Positions 25,500 to 38,684 of a DNA stretch of 64,000 bases are shown here, piece by piece (within the stretch, counting starts at the first letter, position 1; every line of letters begins with the position of its first letter). The translations under genes and the position numbers were made by a program. The notes beneath the pieces are model-generated. The model was given only the letters and a program-made list of their open reading frames with translations. It was not told the origin of the DNA and made no database searches. Source of the stretch: Raillietiella orientalis (taxonomy: Eukaryota); the NCBI GenBank assembly GCA_036172245.1, contig JAYWIR010000048.1, positions 558,001 through 622,000 on the forward strand. Direction: 5' to 3'.

Positions 25500-28400
25500 A
25501 CAAGGCCTACGGATACAACCACAACCTACTGTATAAAGTAGACAGGGTGTTCGATGATCGCACTGAGCGTGCCTTCGAGGAGAAGCTCATTGAACGTGAG
25601 GAAGGAAGACCTGACTGGGCTGACGATCAGAAGCGGGAGTCAGCGCGTAGAGCTGACCTGCAAGGAGGCAGGTCTAGCACAAAGACTGCTGCGAACCCTG
25701 ATAAAGATCGAGAACCTCCAGGTCTTTCCTGTTCTGATGGACCACTCCAGCGTGGTCCACCTAAGGAGCATTGCCTTACGGATGCTCCCGAGCGCCGTAC
25801 GGGAAGAACTCGAAAAACTCTGCACCGCCAACGGGCTGTTGACAAAAAGGCCCAATAGATTCCTCGTATTTGACAAGATCCTTAGTGGACTCGCGCGGGG
25901 CACATCACGGTGCGGAAGGATGTTTCCTTATAAACTGGTGGTCGGTGGAGAACCTGTCGACCTCAGGTACTTGGGAATGCCCAAGTATTGCGGCAATCGC
26001 GAGGTCATGGGGAACGTTAAAAAAAAGATGCCCCAACATCGCATGCCGCCAGTGCGACACGAAGTGGCATACCGAAGAAGCGTGCTGCAAAAAGGTTCCG
26101 CGCGGTCGGCAGCTACGAGTAGCAAAACAAGCGCGGACGCCAGAAAACCTTGCAAAGTCAGGTCAAAGAATGATAAAACGGCTGATCTGAAGCCGGCCGA
26201 AAAAACCACGTCGACCACTTCCCCGCCTGTTGAAACGCAGGCTATCGAAGCGGAAGAAGAGTTGTCAGGCTGGCAAATGGTCGGCTATAAAAAGAAAAAT
26301 AAGAAAAAAATAAATCCATTTCCAAAGAAATCGAGAAAAACGCGATTTCAGAACCTAAAAAGTGTATGCTGAACTTGAAGCGCATCCTCGTTGCCGCGAA
26401 GCTGTGCTCCTCGGCCTTCTGGCTATGATGAAAGTGCAAAATGGACGTTGTCGTGTGCAACAACGCTGACAGCTTCGCGACAGTGAAAACAGTCAGCGAT
26501 GCGTAGGAGGAGAGCCGCGAAGACGCGGCCTTTGCTAAAGCGGCAGAGAAACTGACCGCCATACTACGGCAGTCCTCCAAGGCTGCCAAGAAAGCCGACA
26601 GATGTTCGGCCCCCAGGAAGGGGTCCGAGATCTTCGACTCCGACCCGCAGGCCAAAAGTTCACCTTTTGCGTCTGCACCCCTTGCGGAAGTTCAGGCGAA
26701 AAGTTCAGGAAGCCCAGTAGGATAGACTCTTCCGAGGAAATGGAATGCTTCGGAAACCAAGGTGCGGCAAGCGTGAGAGTGCAGGACTCATCTCCTGATA
26801 CTCTCCCAGACCCAGACGCAGAGTCCCCAAGGAACAACCCGTCCGAACCGGAGGTGGGAACCGCAGCATCGCTCTCCCAGCAGTGATGCCGGGACTTGCC
26901 ACCAGCCGTCGACTACGCGTTGCTGGCTGGAACGTCAATGGGCTTCGTGACGACCCTTCGACCTCGTGCTCCTACACCAAAAACTCCTGAAGCTCTGGCA
27001 ACGTCTCGGTCTTCCGTCGAGTCTGCTGGCATACTTGCGCTCCTGCTGGAGCCACGCAATTATGAGCATTGTTTTCAGCGGCTGCCACTTGTAAGGCGTG
27101 TCGGTTCGGCAGGACACCAGGCAGGGAGATAGTTTAAGCTCTTTGCTCTTCAGAAACTTCGTGTTGGGGATCAAGGCTTACAGGCTGACGTTGGACAACC
27201 AGCCGAGCTCCTGTCCAGATACGGCGACCGTGGTAGCCTACGCGGACGACCTGCTTCTTCTGTGGACCATGTCCACCCCGGCGGGCTCGCTCGAAGATGT
27301 CTTCGAGCTGATCCATGGCAGCCGGCGGCATTCCGGAGCATCCATCGGTGTCCGACTTCCTCCGGATCGCCCTCTGGAGCAAAGGGTGACCCCGAGTCAG
27401 CCTGAAGGACTTGTGTGCTCCGCTTCGCGACGGGGGCCTCGGCCTCCTGACGCTGGAGGACGCCTGCTCTAGTGTCGAAGCTTTGGAACACGAACTGGTG
27501 CGAGCCCGCACGATAGCCGTTCAAGCGAACCATCGGCTATGAGGGATTGTCTTTGTTCCTGGTGCGGCGGTGCAGACGCAACGTGTCCCGCTGAGAACTG
27601 GAGCTCCCTCGGGTGGGCAAGCTGACCAGAACCAACACCTGTATCTCCTGCCGACCCGCGGGCGGTAGTGCTTGGTTGCAGGATTCCGTCCGCACGTGTA
27701 CCACAAACAACGAAGCGAGCCTGGAGTTGCGGTGGAGACTGTTGTACTCTTGTTACAGCAACCGCTCGCTGCAGGATGTCATCGTGCAGCCCACCACGCG
27801 TGCGTGGGCGCAAGGAACCTCACTAGCCGCGGCGCTGCCTTCCCTCAGGTAGCATCTGGGCAGCAACCAGCCGGCCAAATGGGAAGTCCGTTGTGAAATC
27901 TCGGGCCGAGAGAACGAATAGGTGGCTGGACTAAGGGTCAGCTCGGGGACGCTGCGACCCCAAGTGCTCCAAAAAAAATACTGTAGCACTGAAGTGAGCT
28001 GTTGGGAATCTCATAGAAAGACCTCGAGTGGCCCCCAGCACTGAATAACAGCCGGGCCCTCCCTCTGAAGTGGCCCGAGTCGGCACTTTTGCTGTTGCAA
28101 CGCCCGCCGGTCTCACTGGCCCCGGGGAGCTGTGCATCCCAACTGCTGCAGGTGAGGGGAACAGGAATCCCTCCTGCACTTGCTTGTAGACTGTGATGCC
28201 CTCTGTCCCCTGTGGTTGCGTTACGCAAGGGCCATTGGGGCATCAAAGGACAGTCCCAGGGAATTGTTGAAGCGCCTCTTCTGCGCGATGTCCTTTCTCC
28301 TGCTGCATCGCCAGCAGCTCTTCGCTGCTGCCTACATGGGATCGCATCGACCTGGAGCTGCGAGAGAGGAGGATGGCGTCACAGGGACGCCATCTGCTTC

Positions 28401-28720
28401 GCCCTGCACTTCCTGTGGAGGGCAGCAAGATGGTCCCATCTCGAGCACACTCAGATGGAACCTTCCGGCATCTTGAAACGGATGCAAAGGACCTCCTCCA
28501 GCGGACAGTGATCTCTTCTCGTGCTCCCCAGGTTTCTTTTATTATTGATTTTCATTCATTTTTATATTTGTTTGTCCCTCCGCTGCCGAGGCGATCCTCT
28601 GCGACCTGGGCGCCAGTTACTCGGCAGGTTCCGAGCATTTTCGGACAATGTAGGGTCAATGGTCCCACGCATGTATGTTTGTTTTTTATAATAAGCGTCT
28701 CGGCGCGACCAGGTAATAAT
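25500..28720 (+). mobile_element. Tx1/L1-like LINE lineage A, internally deleted near-full-length relic (ORF1 plus ORF2 remnants)
   Basis: ORF1 at 25554-26372 with VDLRYLGMPKYCGN and a frameshifted second knuckle CRQCDTKWHTEEAC. ORF2 start LRVAGWNVNGLR (about 26913-26946), RQGDSLSSLLF, VVAYADDL (YADD at 27239-27250), zinc finger HLLVDC, 3' UTR and terminal motif. Confidence 0.9.
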
Positions 28721-28744
28721 CCAAGCAGTCACTCCACCGAAGGA

Positions 28745-29050
28745 GTCTCTTCGTCCGGGAATGAGGAGTGGCGCCGTCCACCAACTCCCTCATCTTGCAG
28801 CCGCGGAGGACTTTCTCGACTCCTGCAATGTTGCAGAACTCCCGTCCGCCGATTGATTGCTGTCATTGTTTTCCCTGAGGGCGGAAAGTGCTCCGTCAAG
28901 AGGCGAGACAGTTAAACAGTTATTCGGGACCATCGCATCCTATCCTGCAGTTTATCTCCCATCGCTTCTCGTGCAAGGTTCCGCAGTGGAAGGAGTTTCT
29001 CTGGAAGCACCTCCAGAGTGGCAACCCAGGACTCCAGTGTTTCCTGCCGT
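28745..29050 (+). mobile_element. LINE ORF2 internal fragment, homologous to 51450-52050
   Basis: GNEEWRRPP...PEGG(K/R) is shared with the minus-strand read at about 51560-51710. Confidence 0.5.
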
Positions 29051-29970
29051 CAGGAATCCCAGTTTTGGTGGATTTCAGAAGTGAAGACAGATGCCTCAGG
29101 GTATACACGAATCCACCGATCCCATGACGGCTGCGCGGCTATAATGAGAGAAGTCCTCCGCTGGAGCACTCCGGAGGCTGTCTCGTGCTGAAACACACCA
29201 AACAGAGGTCCACAATTCTGGCGCAGAATGTGAACAGAAGAAGCTGCGCTTGCAGTCCAATTCTGTGGATGATCAGGGTGTCCAAGCCGGAATCCTGATG
29301 CGGCACCACCAAGTCCTTGAGTCGTGTCCAGGACACTGCAGCATCCCAAATGGCTTTCCTCTTCATTTTTTTCCCGCTGCGGATCCTCAGAGGATAAGGG
29401 GGCTAGAAAACACACAATAAAGGGCAGAGGAGGGGGAAGCAAAAGTATTATGTCTTACTTCACTCTTGGGTGTTTGCCTCGCAAATGTTCCTCCTGCAGG
29501 GTCTGTTGCAGTTTCTTTCGACCCCTGTGGGCATGGTGCAGCCCAGATCATTATGATCATCGTCATCAGCTGGTAGTGTCCACAACCGCTTAATCAGCAC
29601 GATATGCGGCGTCCTTCAGAATGAATTCCGCATCTTCCGGTACTCTCGGAAGCTAGGTGCTTTTGAGATACGCTCTGATGCCAATTTGTTGGGAAAAAAG
29701 CGCCTCCTGGAGATCACGAGCCCCCATGAGATGTCAGTGAGACCAGAGACATCTCTGACGAGATGATTGCTCTGAAACCGAGATGGAGTCCGCCACCAAA
29801 AGTAGTCGTTGAATGGATGCTGACGAGAGCACTCAGCTGGCGCGCCTTTCGTTCTTGTCTGAAGAGGACCAGTGTCCTAGGTGAGTTCACATTCATTCTT
29901 TATTTTTTCCTGAGAAGCCTCCCGACAGTAGTTGGGATCACTCTATGTTCAGATTTCCAATGTCTTCTGG

Positions 29971-30590
29971 TTTGACACCCAGTTGCGTCGAGGCGTTTAT
30001 TTATAAAAAAAACAGACAAGTCAGTGTTCAGGACGCTTGGTCCTTCCACGTTGCAAATGTAAACTTGAGACTCTGCCGAGAACAGACGTGCAGGCTGGCG
30101 AAGTTCGCCTTGGCAGCAGAGAGAGTAGGTGGGTGGGTAGGGGGAACAAACATAAAAAAAAAAAAAATAAAACAGAAAAACATAGTCAAAAAAAATGTAT
30201 TCGGGAAGGGATCATCGGGTTCTGGAGGGCGTCCTTTGCATCCTTGTAAGGATGACGGCAAGTTTTTGTTTCAGGATCCTCAGCTGAAGCGATCCTGACT
30301 CTATCCTCACGAAGAGGACAGCAAACTAGATGTCGTCCTTGTCGTCCTGGCTCCCTTTGGCGTTGCTACATGCCACGATCCAACATAGGCAGCCAAGTGC
30401 TGCTTGGGATGCGGCCGGCGTGAAAGCATCGTGCAGGAAGAGGCGCTTTAAAACGTCTCTGGAGTTGCCCTCGGGGATCCGCAGGTACGCGGCAAGACGC
30501 TCCCCCAGGGGAAGGAGACCAACACAATCCATGAGAAGGTACGGGAGGGACTCTCTATTGCCGCACCTGCCACAGTTCTGGCTTACACTC
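29971..30590 (-). mobile_element. LINE lineage A, 3' end fragment
   Basis: NCGRCGNRESLPYLLMDCVGLLPL zinc finger, C-terminus, T-rich UTR and aataaacgcctcgacgcaactgggt terminus. Confidence 0.85.
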
Positions 30591-30594
30591 CCCC

Positions 30595-32287
30595 CGGTTG
30601 CGGTTGGTGCAACGTGGGCAGGACGACCTGATTGGATCCGCCTCGGGATCCCCACCTAGAGGTATTTGAAGTACCTCCGCGTTCCGTTGGGGGACTTCTG
30701 CCACTCAGGAGCCTGGTCAGGTCGTCTCCAGAAAGTGGAGTCGGCGATCGGCCCGTTCCTGGAAGGCAAGTTTCACTTGCCGGAACGGGCCGCGGTGTGG
30801 AACGCATTCGCGGCCCCCCTCCTTCGCCCCCTGCTTTTTGTTTGCCCTGTACCCCGTGAGATGAAAAAGAGAACGAAGGACCTCCTTTGCATCGCTCTGT
30901 GGGGCGGCGGGAGGCCTCGTGTGCCTCTGGAGGATTTGTGCGCTCCACGTCGGGACGGAGGTCTTAGCGTCCTGACGCTGGAGCGCGTAGAAACACAGCT
31001 GCGGTGGCGTATCCTAGCCATCGTGCCGAAGATGTGGAGTACCCCTTGGTGCGTTCCGGCCCGCCTTCTCGCCAGACGTGTGTTCGGAACTGAAGGACTC
31101 GCATCTTTTCTTCTGTGTTCCGGCCGGAAAATAAGAAGATACGGCCTTCTCCTGGGACGCATGGCCACTCTGGCAAAGGAGAACGGATGGATGGCCTGTA
31201 GCCCCACCAACTCCAGCTCATGGCTGGAAGAAACAGTTGGCACGTGGGCGAAGTTAAACCAGCCTAGTGGAGAATCCTGCAACCGCCTGCGTACGGCATC
31301 TACACCCGCTGCACGCTGCGGAACATGATCGAGTGTCCCTCCAGAAGCACTTGGGTGGAGACGACCCCACTGGCCACGGCGCTGACCTTCCTAAAAAGGG
31401 CGCTTCATAACAGTCGGAAGCCGAGGTGACAAGTCACCTGCCGGATAGCGGGCAAGGAGAAGGAGTAAAGTGGGTGGACCATGAGGGAACTGGCTGACGC
31501 CACCACCCCAAGCGTTCTCTCGCGAGGAATCCAGAGATGGGGCGAGCTTCTGGGCATCCCGCTGGATGACTTAAAGTGTCCCCCATTATTTAGAGACGCA
31601 TCCACCTTTCCCCTCAAGTGGCAGGAAACAGCGCTGCTGTTGTTGCACTGGGGTCTTCCCTGCAACGCGCGCCGCCACCACTGGACGTTGGGGAACGTGG
31701 GACAGAAATGGCAGTGTGAAGAAATGGCACCTTTTAGTGGACTGCGCTGCCCTCCGGCCCTTGTGGGAACGTTTTGCTACGACCCTCCGGATGCCGGTCG
31801 GCAGTACCCCCAGAGACCTTGTAAGACTCCTCTTTGTGCGAGACGCCCTGCCACCAGCCTCAACCCTGGCAGCGCTCTGCTGCCTCCAAGGGATTGTGGC
31901 TGAGTGGAGCGCAGCCAACAGAGGAAGCAGCGATAGGGACCCCATCGTACACGCTGGTCCAGCCGATCGCGATTCGCAGGTAGCGACCTGCGAATCGCGA
32001 TCGGCTGGTCCCATCTGGGAGGAGGCACCTCGAGGGCATCCTGGAAAGGATGGTCTCTTCCTCCAGCAGGCTGTGATCCCTTTCCGGCCCTCCAAATAGT
32101 TTCTTTCTGTTTGTTTCATTTATTTTTCTTTTTGTTTTACCCCCTATTCCCTCCGCTGCCGAGGACAGTCAAGCCGGCCTGTGAACCGGCTTCCTGGCAG
32201 GTCCCATGAACTATTGGCCGTAGAGGGGCCTAGTACCGCAAATGTAAAGTGCTTATCAATAAACGCCCCGGCGTGACCGGGTGAAAA
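30595..32287 (+). mobile_element. LINE lineage A, 5'-truncated copy (best-preserved reading frame, 30666-31328)
   Basis: KYLRVPLGDFC...LWGGGRPRVPLEDLCAPRRDGGLSVLTLE, FPLKWQETALLLLHWGLPC and HLLVDCAALRPLW. Ends aataaacgccccggcgtgaccgggtgaaaa. Confidence 0.9.
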
Positions 32288-32289
32288 CT

Positions 32290-32880
32290 CCCTCCGGTCC
32301 AATGGTGTCGACGGGCCTTGCACGGGAGGTCCCATTGCAACAGAAGGATCGCCGACTCCTGCCACTCTAGGGAGAGGATAACACTATTCCAGCTCGCTGG
32401 AGGCCACTTCACCTCCTCCAGAGGCATTTGTAGGTCTCCCCAGCGTAGTAGTCCTTTTGGAGGTACACTCGGGATGGCCGCGTCCGTCACCTCTTGAGTT
32501 GTCTGCACGCACTTAAATGCTTCTTCCTGTTCTTAATTATGCACGTCACTTTCCACCTTGCCGGAAGGTCTCTGTCCCTTGCTGTTGCCTGTAGGGAGGA
32601 CAGCGCTGGGGCAAGGGGGGTCGAACGACGCCCAAAGCCGATTCCTGGTGTTACTCAGAATCTCCCTCAACGGCTGATGTTGCGCAGACAGATACATTCT
32701 GAGTCGCCCGTGCCGTTGATTTTGCCCCAAGCGAAAACTGACTCCTGCAGCCAGGCAGTCTATTTTGCGGGGAGGATGGAGATCCCGGGATTTCGTTGTG
32801 CCAAGGCAACTATTTGGCAAAGTCGAGAGCCAAGATGGATCAGACCACGCTCAGTCGCTACGACGACTGAAGGCAATGTC
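32290..32880 (-). mobile_element. LINE lineage A, internal fragment
   Basis: LSLEWQESAILLLQWDLPCKARRHHWT. Confidence 0.8.
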
Positions 32881-33049
32881 AACTGATTTTTATTGTTTCC
32901 TCAGCTGCAGCATCTCCTAGAAGGAAACAAGACAACTGCTCGGCGGAAGAAGAGCAACGTCGCGTTCATAGGGCAAAGCTACATCCTCTGAGAAGATCCG
33001 TTGACCCGCTTATTTTTCTCAATTGTTGAGATGGCGGCTTTTAGGTGAT

Positions 33050-33680
33050 CCCGCCGGCACATTTCGGGAATGTTTTTTTCTGGAGGCTGCATCTCACCTA
33101 TCTTAACAACTCATCCAGATGCTTGCAATCTCGGTTGGTGCAGATGAGGGGATGTGGTACATAGCCTCGACTTCCAGCAAGCTTTCCATTAGGTCTTGAT
33201 GCAGGGACACTCTGGACGCATCTCTTCGAAGTGTAGGATCTCGGAGGGAAAGTCCAGGAGCGCGCCGGGTCCATGTTTTCTGCATCCCCCATCCGCGTAG
33301 CCCAAGAGCATGTCGACTCAGCATAGCCAGCAACGCAATCTTCACTCCCGAGGCGTTTCCCGTGCAACCGGCCGAGCTCAGGAAGGTCCCGACGGCAGCC
33401 ATCATTAAGAGCACGTCCTCAGTCTCTCGACGGCGTCGGAGAAAGCTCGGATAAACCTTCAAAGAGAACATCATCCCGCTTGAAACACCTCCCGCGGCAG
33501 CATCCTTTCCACCTCGGTTTCCAGCTGGAGGTGCGCATGAAGTCCAGGCGGAGGAATTCGGCCCCTTGCCACGGACTCGGTCGCCTTGGACACTCAGTAA
33601 ACGAGCGAGCATGCTGCGCTCCTTCTCTCGGCAACGTCTGAATGGCGTCAATTCACCCACTGCTTCGAGAGGTTCCATGA
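33050..33680 (-). mobile_element. LINE 3' region of a different lineage (zinc finger and C-terminus)
   Basis: RRCREKE followed by frameshifted QHARSFTECPR, resembling the CxxC...H...ECP finger. Confidence 0.45.
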
Positions 33681-36600
33681 CGTTTTTCTTGATTGCTTAA
33701 TCTTATTCTCCAACGAAGTCTGTCCGAACGCCCTATTGCGCTGAAGACTGGGAGCTGCTATTTGAGTGGAACGCTAATGAAGTCATCATGATTCCAATTA
33801 AACAACTCAGGGTTCACTTAAGAGCTCTTTAATTGTCTCGTAATTAGGCAGTCCCTGGCCTCTCGGTCGGAAGCATTCCTGAATTTAGATGCCGTTGAAT
33901 TCTTCTTGAGGTTCGATGCCATAGTGCATCCACGGAAGACGTTGCGGTGATGAGCCGGAAGTGGAGGAGGCAACCCACTCCGATGATGGATGCCACGCAG
34001 ACGGATTGAAGCACACCGGCCGGATCGACACCAAACAGAAACATCTGACTTCTCGCCATCAGGATCTTCTCGAGGCAAATCTTTCATCATCCTCCAGTGA
34101 TGGCGAGAGTGAATCACCATCATGAAACCAGAAGACCGCAACGCGAATGAATTAGCGAAAATTGAGAATTGCTGTCCTGTGGAACGGATGTTCTGGAGTA
34201 TTTTCATAATTCCAGTCATCCTATGAAGTTCGAAGAGCATACAGAGGGAGATGTGCGGTGCGGACTGCAAGCAAAACACCCTCCAGGGAGAAAGGGAATT
34301 TCCTGCGTCCTCCCGTCTTTCCCCGCGGTCGCCCGAATCCTCAGACTTGCTGCAGCGTGGTCCACGGCGGTCCCAGGGGATCTGCAGAGAACGCTCGACG
34401 TTACCTCTAGCCGTCTCCTTCTTCAGGCGTTCCCTTTGCCTCTACGGGGAATGACTCTTCTCGGGCACCTCGTTTTCCGCATCCACCGCGCCGTGGGATC
34501 CCCACCACGACGGCGTGCACTGAGGGGGGCACTTTTCCGGAAGGAAGTGCAGACCCACCGGCGATAGGCCATTTGTTTGTCTTCCTTCGCACTGAACCCG
34601 TCGTCGGCTAGGACCATGCAGTGCTCGCCCTGCAGCGGCCACACGTGCGGACCCCGCTGCAGCATCCCCCAGTGCTTTCTTCCGTGCTCGTCCGCGAGCA
34701 CGCCGCAGAGTTTAATGCCGTGGCGCCGCTGTTGATCGTGCCGCGGATGCTCCTCCCTCATGCACTGAAAGGTATTGAACGCGATGGGCCTTCATCCGAT
34801 GGGGCCACTCGCACGAGGACCGCATTCTATCTCTCCATCGTGCGGAGGGCTCCTGGAGGCGTGGCGCTAACCAACGCGGAGCGTGGTCTATCGCGTCCCT
34901 CCGGGAAGGGACGCCGTGATCTCCGCATCGCAGCATGCGCGGCGCGACGTTGAGCTTCTTCGCAGTGGTTCGCCGAAGGTGAGATCTCCGGTGGAAGTCC
35001 TCGGCACCGCGTGGTCGACGGTCCGCGTCGCTTGCAGGAGGCTGGAGGCTGGTCGTCGCACGGTCCGGAAAGTGCTTACGTCATGGCAGGGTCGCACGCA
35101 GTCGCAGGCGTTCACGACAGGCAAGCACCCCCTCCGGGCGGTGGCCATTCTCCTCGCACCTCTTCGCGAAGGTACGGAGGGATTCTCCACCCCCGGCTGT
35201 GGTAGCATCAGCAGCTGGGGACATCAAACATCCAACATCCGCTCCCAACTACCGCATCAAACACCTCCGGCACATTCATCCCCGAGGAATTCTTGCAGAC
35301 CCCGCTCTCATAAACAATGCGTCAAGACGAGCAGCTTCCATGCAACGGTGCCTGCTCGTGCACTTCTTGCAGTCCGATGGTCAGCGTGGTAATTGCTTGA
35401 CCTGGGCAAGAAGACAGCACCGTGGAGTATGGAAATGAGCGAGCGCAAAGAGGAAAAACTGTGGACAGGGGCCTGCAAGTATTGCGCGGCTGTTCAGCTG
35501 CATTGGGCTTGGATGCACGAGTCGGGTTGCTTACTGGACTGCCTCCAGAACGCAGTCATGCATCCAGCTGAGAGTGTCCATGTCCGTTTCGGACAGACGC
35601 ACCAAAGCTGCCCTCGTGATCGCCACTTTCCTCGCCACCAGAGTGCTTGAAGAAACCTCCTCCTGCCCTTCGATCTCCTCCCTCGCCCTATCTTTCAGCT
35701 TGGCAATTTGCCTCAACCGCCCATCATCGTCTGGCAGGTAAGCACGTGGACATCCGCTGCAGAATTCTCCTTTCCTACGTCCTGCGGACGTATTTGTCTG
35801 GAGGAGAACCCTGTGACATCCCCCGCCGCCACAAAGGAGATCCCTCAGGAAAACAGCACGTGGAGCTCGTGCTGTACCTCCATGGAGAGGTGAAACTAAC
35901 GCAGCGCTGTTGTGTCCGCGAAGGCGTTTCCACCATGAGATCTCAAGCTCTCCTGGTCCTGTCTGAGGATCGGCATGTAAGCTAAGCCGTGCTGCGTGGT
36001 GAGTATCCGAGCTAAGGGAAGGAATACGTTTGACACTCCTGTCTCTATGGCTGCTGGCAGTTTGGATTCTGCTCCGAATGACAAGCAACCCAGGTCATCC
36101 GCAGTTTGTCCTGCGGGCGTGCTGCTGGCTTTCAGACAGAAGAGCAAGATAATTGCATCCATGCATCGTCCTTTTGGAAGCACTCCGGAAGAGCTGAAGT
36201 GGGTTGGAAGGTGCGGCAGTGGCGCAGTCTGGAAAGCCGATCCCAACTCTGAGGAAGGCAGACGCGGCTCCGGTGCGCGGGATTTTTGAACGAGAGGAAC
36301 AGATAAAGTGCTCGGAAGTTCCAGCCAGGAAGTGATCGGAACTGCGCTCTCCAGGGGGAAGAGGAGCTCTTCCGATGGACTCTGGAGCCGTGCAAGCATG
36401 CAAGAAAGTTTGCCTGTGCTGCCCGAGGTGAAATGTGCCCACCGGTCGTGCAAGGACCGCAATAAGGCAGTGACCTGTGACTAAGAAGTTTTCAGAGAAC
36501 TCAAGTTCCTCTTGGGGAGGCTGCAGAGAAGAAGGACCTCCTGTGTCTTCCATTCTTTTCGCGGAATCGGTTTTATCACCTTTGGGACCTGTCCTTTCGA

Positions 36601-37979
36601 TTCTGTGTATGCCTATTTTTTTCTTAAGGAAATGAATGTCCCTCTATGACCTGATGAGAAGAGACCGCAATGTTCCCTCGTTGACCCGCCTAGTAAGGAA
36701 CTTTGCAGACAGAACATTCTGAAGTGAGGTGAGCAACAGCGTACTCGTGGTGAGCTTGGGCTCTTTCATCCTAGACAATGGCCAAGTACATCTTCTGGTG
36801 GTGAGGCTTGCTCACTCATATGGTCCTTCTCTAGAGTTTTCCACTGCCACTGCACGAGTTGTCTCAGCGCTTCGTTGTTCTTCCAGCTTCCATCAATGAT
36901 TACACCAACGCCACTAGTTTTTCGGGGCGAAAAGAGAAGCCCGCGTTAGTTGCATTTTTTTGAGTATTGTTCTTCTTCCAGCCGCACGTTCGATATGTGA
37001 AAAGGACAGGAAGCGTTAAGCGGGATGGAGAAGCAAATCCGTCCACCAAAGTGCTGAGCGAGTTCCCAGGTGGCTGGAGGCTGCTTACCTCATTTTCTCT
37101 TGGCTACAGCAGTGACACTTATCTCAGATAGGAGGACGACTCGGGTAACTCAGAGCACCTGACGAATAAGGGAATTCGCACGAAAGGAATTTGGCACGGA
37201 CTCCTTAAGCGGGTCTTCTTTGATTAGTCATTTTACTCCCCCGCCGCCTTGCTGGCAGCTCGCTAAAACGCTGCTGCTGAGAGCAGAGAGTCATTTTGTC
37301 TGCAGAATACACGGCGGACTCGTCATTCTTCCGTGACTGTGATGCACCCTTCACTCGTGCCATTGCAAAAGCTGCCCGCCGAATTGCGTAGTCCTTCATT
37401 TGGCTTTCCAAGCAGCCATTCCCCCCCCCCCCTCTTTCTCTCTCTGTTTCCCAATGGTTTGTGATGATGTGGTATGGGATTTTGGGAATTGCGAATGCCA
37501 AGCGTTTGTCTGGTCTGAATGCGGAATAATTTGACTCTTTCGTGCTACAGTTACTGTGCGTTAAGAGGATGAGTTCGTTATTATCTAGGAGCACGGATGT
37601 TTCTTAGCTCTTTTCGCTTTTCGGAAGACGAAGCCTTAGAAGAAGTTAGTTTTCAATCTGAAGAATGCCAAGGAGCGACGAAGAAAAACAAAACAAAAAT
37701 GAAACACGGAGAGGAGGCCAACTCTTCCGCCAGGTCTGGTTTTCGAAATCCACTCATTTTTATGACACTACAGACGCAGTTTTACATAATTGGCCTGGTC
37801 CCTGCCCTCCACCACATGGAGTCCCAGCTTTAATTACATGTGGCACAAGGGCTACTGCCACTTCTCATAAACCCTTTCATTTCCGCCCGTTCATCCGAAT
37901 TACGGTGCTTTATGATCGGAAAGGTAAACGAAGTCTTCTTGATTTTGGAACTACCAAAATAATTGGGTTCCCTAATTAA

Positions 37980-38406
37980 CCCTTTGAGTGCTATGGACGC
38001 ATATGTGCGTCTGGCAAATGTTTTTGCCTCTTACACACGACACAAGTTGACACTATCGGTGTCTGAGATGGACGCAAAGACTTGCGCTCTTACGATTCCC
38101 TTAGCAGTGAACGAAATTTCATTATATTGTACCAAACCCCAATGAATCCTCGATTTTATTGGAGCCATAATGATAATTTTCGAATAAAAAATTACTTTTC
38201 CGGGGGAAACGCAAATATTTCATTCCATGTGGTGCAAACAGGCAGTTGCAATAGCAACTTTAATCAGCACTTTGTGTGGTCAGTTGGTACCTCTGATAGC
38301 CTACGCGGTACGCGGGAAAAAGCGTGCCGTCCGCAGAGGTCGACACTGCGACTCGCGTGCCGTCGACCCGGAACGTTTCAATGTGATGGGCTCCGCACCC
38401 AAAGGG
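37980..38406. mobile_element. Non-autonomous piggyBac-type element (MITE, 427 bp)
   Basis: TTAA|CCCTTTGAGTGC ... GCACCCAAAGGG|TTAA, with subterminal palindrome gacgcatatgtgcgtc. One end is shared with the element starting at 63580. Confidence 0.88.
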
Positions 38407-38684
38407 TTAAAGAGCGATGGGAGATCTCGGGGATTTACCGGACGCAGCACGTCTGGGATTCCCTCAACGGTCGAAGAATGACCCGCGATGAAAACACGGA
38501 GTACATCAACTTAATCCTAGAAGGATACGGAGACAAATTTCAAGGATGAGTTCCTGCGAGGAAGCAGCAAGTATCTTTGGCTGCTCATAGATTTTCGTTG
38601 TCACAGAGATCTTCGTTGTCTCAGGGAATCACAAACGAAAGGTGAGATAATAGAAATTTCATTTTTAACAAGAAGATTTCTGTT

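Noticed and set aside
29750..29795. Hammerhead ribozyme (CTGACGA...GAAAC...GTC)
   Set aside because: Stems I and III cannot be formed and the stem II register is wrong. The same applies to CTGANGA hits near 37160, 51262 and the 21092/46120/50801 module.
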